Below, in pieces: positions 62,741 through 64,000 of a stretch of DNA of 64,000 bases. The translations under genes and the position numbers were made by a program. Under the pieces are notes generated by a model, which was not told where the DNA came from, ran no database searches, and saw nothing but the letters and a program-made list of their open reading frames with translations. The first letter of the stretch is position 1. Every line of letters starts with the position of its first letter. Source of the stretch: an uncultured cyanobacterium (lineage in GTDB: Bacteria; Cyanobacteriota; Cyanobacteriia; Cyanobacteriales; CAWCAG01); NCBI GenBank assembly GCA_963803805.1, contig CAWDOD010000011.1:160001-224000 (forward strand), read 5' to 3'.

Positions 62741-64000
62741 CTACCAAGGATTGCCAATCATTGTAAAACTACTCCAATAGTAGGGATGACTTAAATCTAT
62801 GTTGCCATATTTGCTCAACTCTTCAGGTAGTTCTATAACTGTACCATCAGGAAAAATCAGTTTTTCATCTTCTGCGCGAACTTTTCCTTCTAACATAGCT
62901 AGTTGAGCTAAGCGTAAAGCTTCAACCTTAGCAGGTTTTTGTTTTAAATTTTTGTAGAAGGCGCTCATCAACCCTAGAGTACCTCGATCATCGACAGACC
63001 ACAAACTCCCTAAAACCGACTTAGCCCCAGATAATACCGCCAAACCAGCAAAACCTAATTCTGCCTCCCTGCTACCCAAGGCGGTTTGACAAGCGCTTAA
63101 AACTAATAATTCAACTTGAGGATCGTGCCAACCAAGGGATGGTAACTTATCTAAGGTTAATTTCTCATCCCATAAATAAATGTAGGAATTGGCAGGTTTA
63201 CCAGCCCTAAAGTTTGCATGGGTAGCTAGATGTAAAATTCCTGGCTTTTGCTGTTTGCGAGTACCTTTAAGGTTGCTTAAGGTAAACTCTTCGTTAAGAT
63301 AGGCTTTGCCATTCCACAACTTATTAGTAATGGTAGAGAGTTCGATTGGTACAGCAGGCAAGGGAACTTGGTTGCGGAATGTTTCTGCACCCATAGCTAA
63401 TATGGAAGTTTTCCTGATGTCTCTGTAGTTGGTTTCTGTGAGGGAGAAACTAGGCATGAGACTGACGCTGTATTTTTTGATGATAAAATCATTACCATCA
63501 TGGAGAGCTGCTACTGGTGCGGAGCGCAAACCTGAATCCATAATGAAAGCAATATGGTTAACCCCTTGTGCTTGCAATTGTTCTTCCACAGGAGCTAACA
63601 ATATGTCGTAGAGTTGTTGAGATGCTCCTATGTAAGCACTAGGTTGGCTCATATGGAGGATTTTACGACGTAGTTTTTCGACTATATATAAAATATTTCT
63701 ACGAGTTAAATCGGGGACTTGATGGCGAATTACTTCTCCATTGGGCGTGATCGCTACTACTTCTAAATGATCGTCAGGGTTATGATATTGGTTACTAGGT
63801 AATAACTCTTCATCCAAAGGGTTGTTTTCTGAAGTATCTAGCTCCCAAATAGCTTCTGATGTTGGGGCTTCATTTAATTTTTCATCCCTATTTTGAGGAT
63901 GAAAGAAAGCATAAATAATAGCCGTTTTAACCCCAGTAGCTTTTTCCATTTTCTCCAAGGTGGCTTGGGTTTCTTGGAGAGTGACAGTGCGGGTTGAACT
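62741..64000 (-). CDS. CHAT-domain (caspase-like) protein, C-terminal part; frame open to the window end
   Basis: LHLATHA and LSACQTALG catalytic His/Cys, SLWSVDD, HPYYWSSF. Confidence 0.9.
   Translation of the reverse strand, partial: SSTRTVTLQETQATLEKMEKATGVKTAIIYAFFHPQNRDEKLNEAPTSEAIWELDTSENNPLDEELLPSNQYHNPDDHLEVVAITPNGEVIRHQVPDLTRRNILYIVEKLRRKILHMSQPSAYIGASQQLYDILLAPVEEQLQAQGVNHIAFIMDSGLRSAPVAALHDGNDFIIKKYSVSLMPSFSLTETNYRDIRKTSILAMGAETFRNQVPLPAVPIELSTITNKLWNGKAYLNEEFTLSNLKGTRKQQKPGILHLATHANFRAGKPANSYIYLWDEKLTLDKLPSLGWHDPQVELLVLSACQTALGSREAELGFAGLAVLSGAKSVLGSLWSVDDRGTLGLMSAFYKNLKQKPAKVEALRLAQLAMLEGKVRAEDEKLIFPDGTVIELPEELSKYGNIDLSHPYYWSSFTMIGNPW

Noticed and set aside
1104-63611. Many short ORFs overlapping or antisense to housekeeping genes (e.g. 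2578-2802, 9772-10053, 32943-33329, 58035-58406, 60597-60974)
   Set aside because: Shadow frames of well-supported genes, with no motifs of their own.
1-64000. tRNA or rRNA genes; HIP1 abundance as a novelty
   Set aside because: No tRNA or rRNA signatures were seen by eye; frequent GCGATCGC is normal for cyanobacteria.

Overview
AT-rich chromosomal segment of a cyanobacterium. Evidence: abundant HIP1 octamers GCGATCGC, heptamer STRR tandem repeats, and cyanobacterial-type ftn2, DUF1815 and NtcA promoters. It is mostly housekeeping: era (partial), uvrC, tkt-fabF-acpP, hdrB-like, pdhA, ftn2, cobU, rnz, spoIID-like, gltA-sixA, trhO, dnaA, def, gltX, argH, a GH15 and a partial CHAT protein. Accessory or non-obvious elements read from the DNA are: (1) an orphan C-terminal FGE/CLec fragment at ~27.1-27.4 kb whose codon pattern fits an adenine-mutagenised DGR variable region, with a 32-bp duplication and downstream hairpins but no RT in the window; (2) four 24-bp double-hairpin mini-elements, each inserted at G^ATC, one in-frame in a HIP1 site of dnaA; (3) two near-identical tandem Uma2 genes with a 25-nt hypervariable patch; (4) a complete IS982 with 6-bp target duplication interrupting a gene remnant; (5) an NtcA-promoter-driven sRNA resembling the short form of NsiR4; (6) DnaA boxes next to a dnaA that is not linked to dnaN; (7) a peptidase / inactive-transglutaminase-7TM / ATP-grasp / DUF6717-like operon; (8) several deletion-collapsed pseudogenes and single-base frameshifts, some probably sequencing errors. 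All family assignments come from motif recognition by eye; no searches were run.
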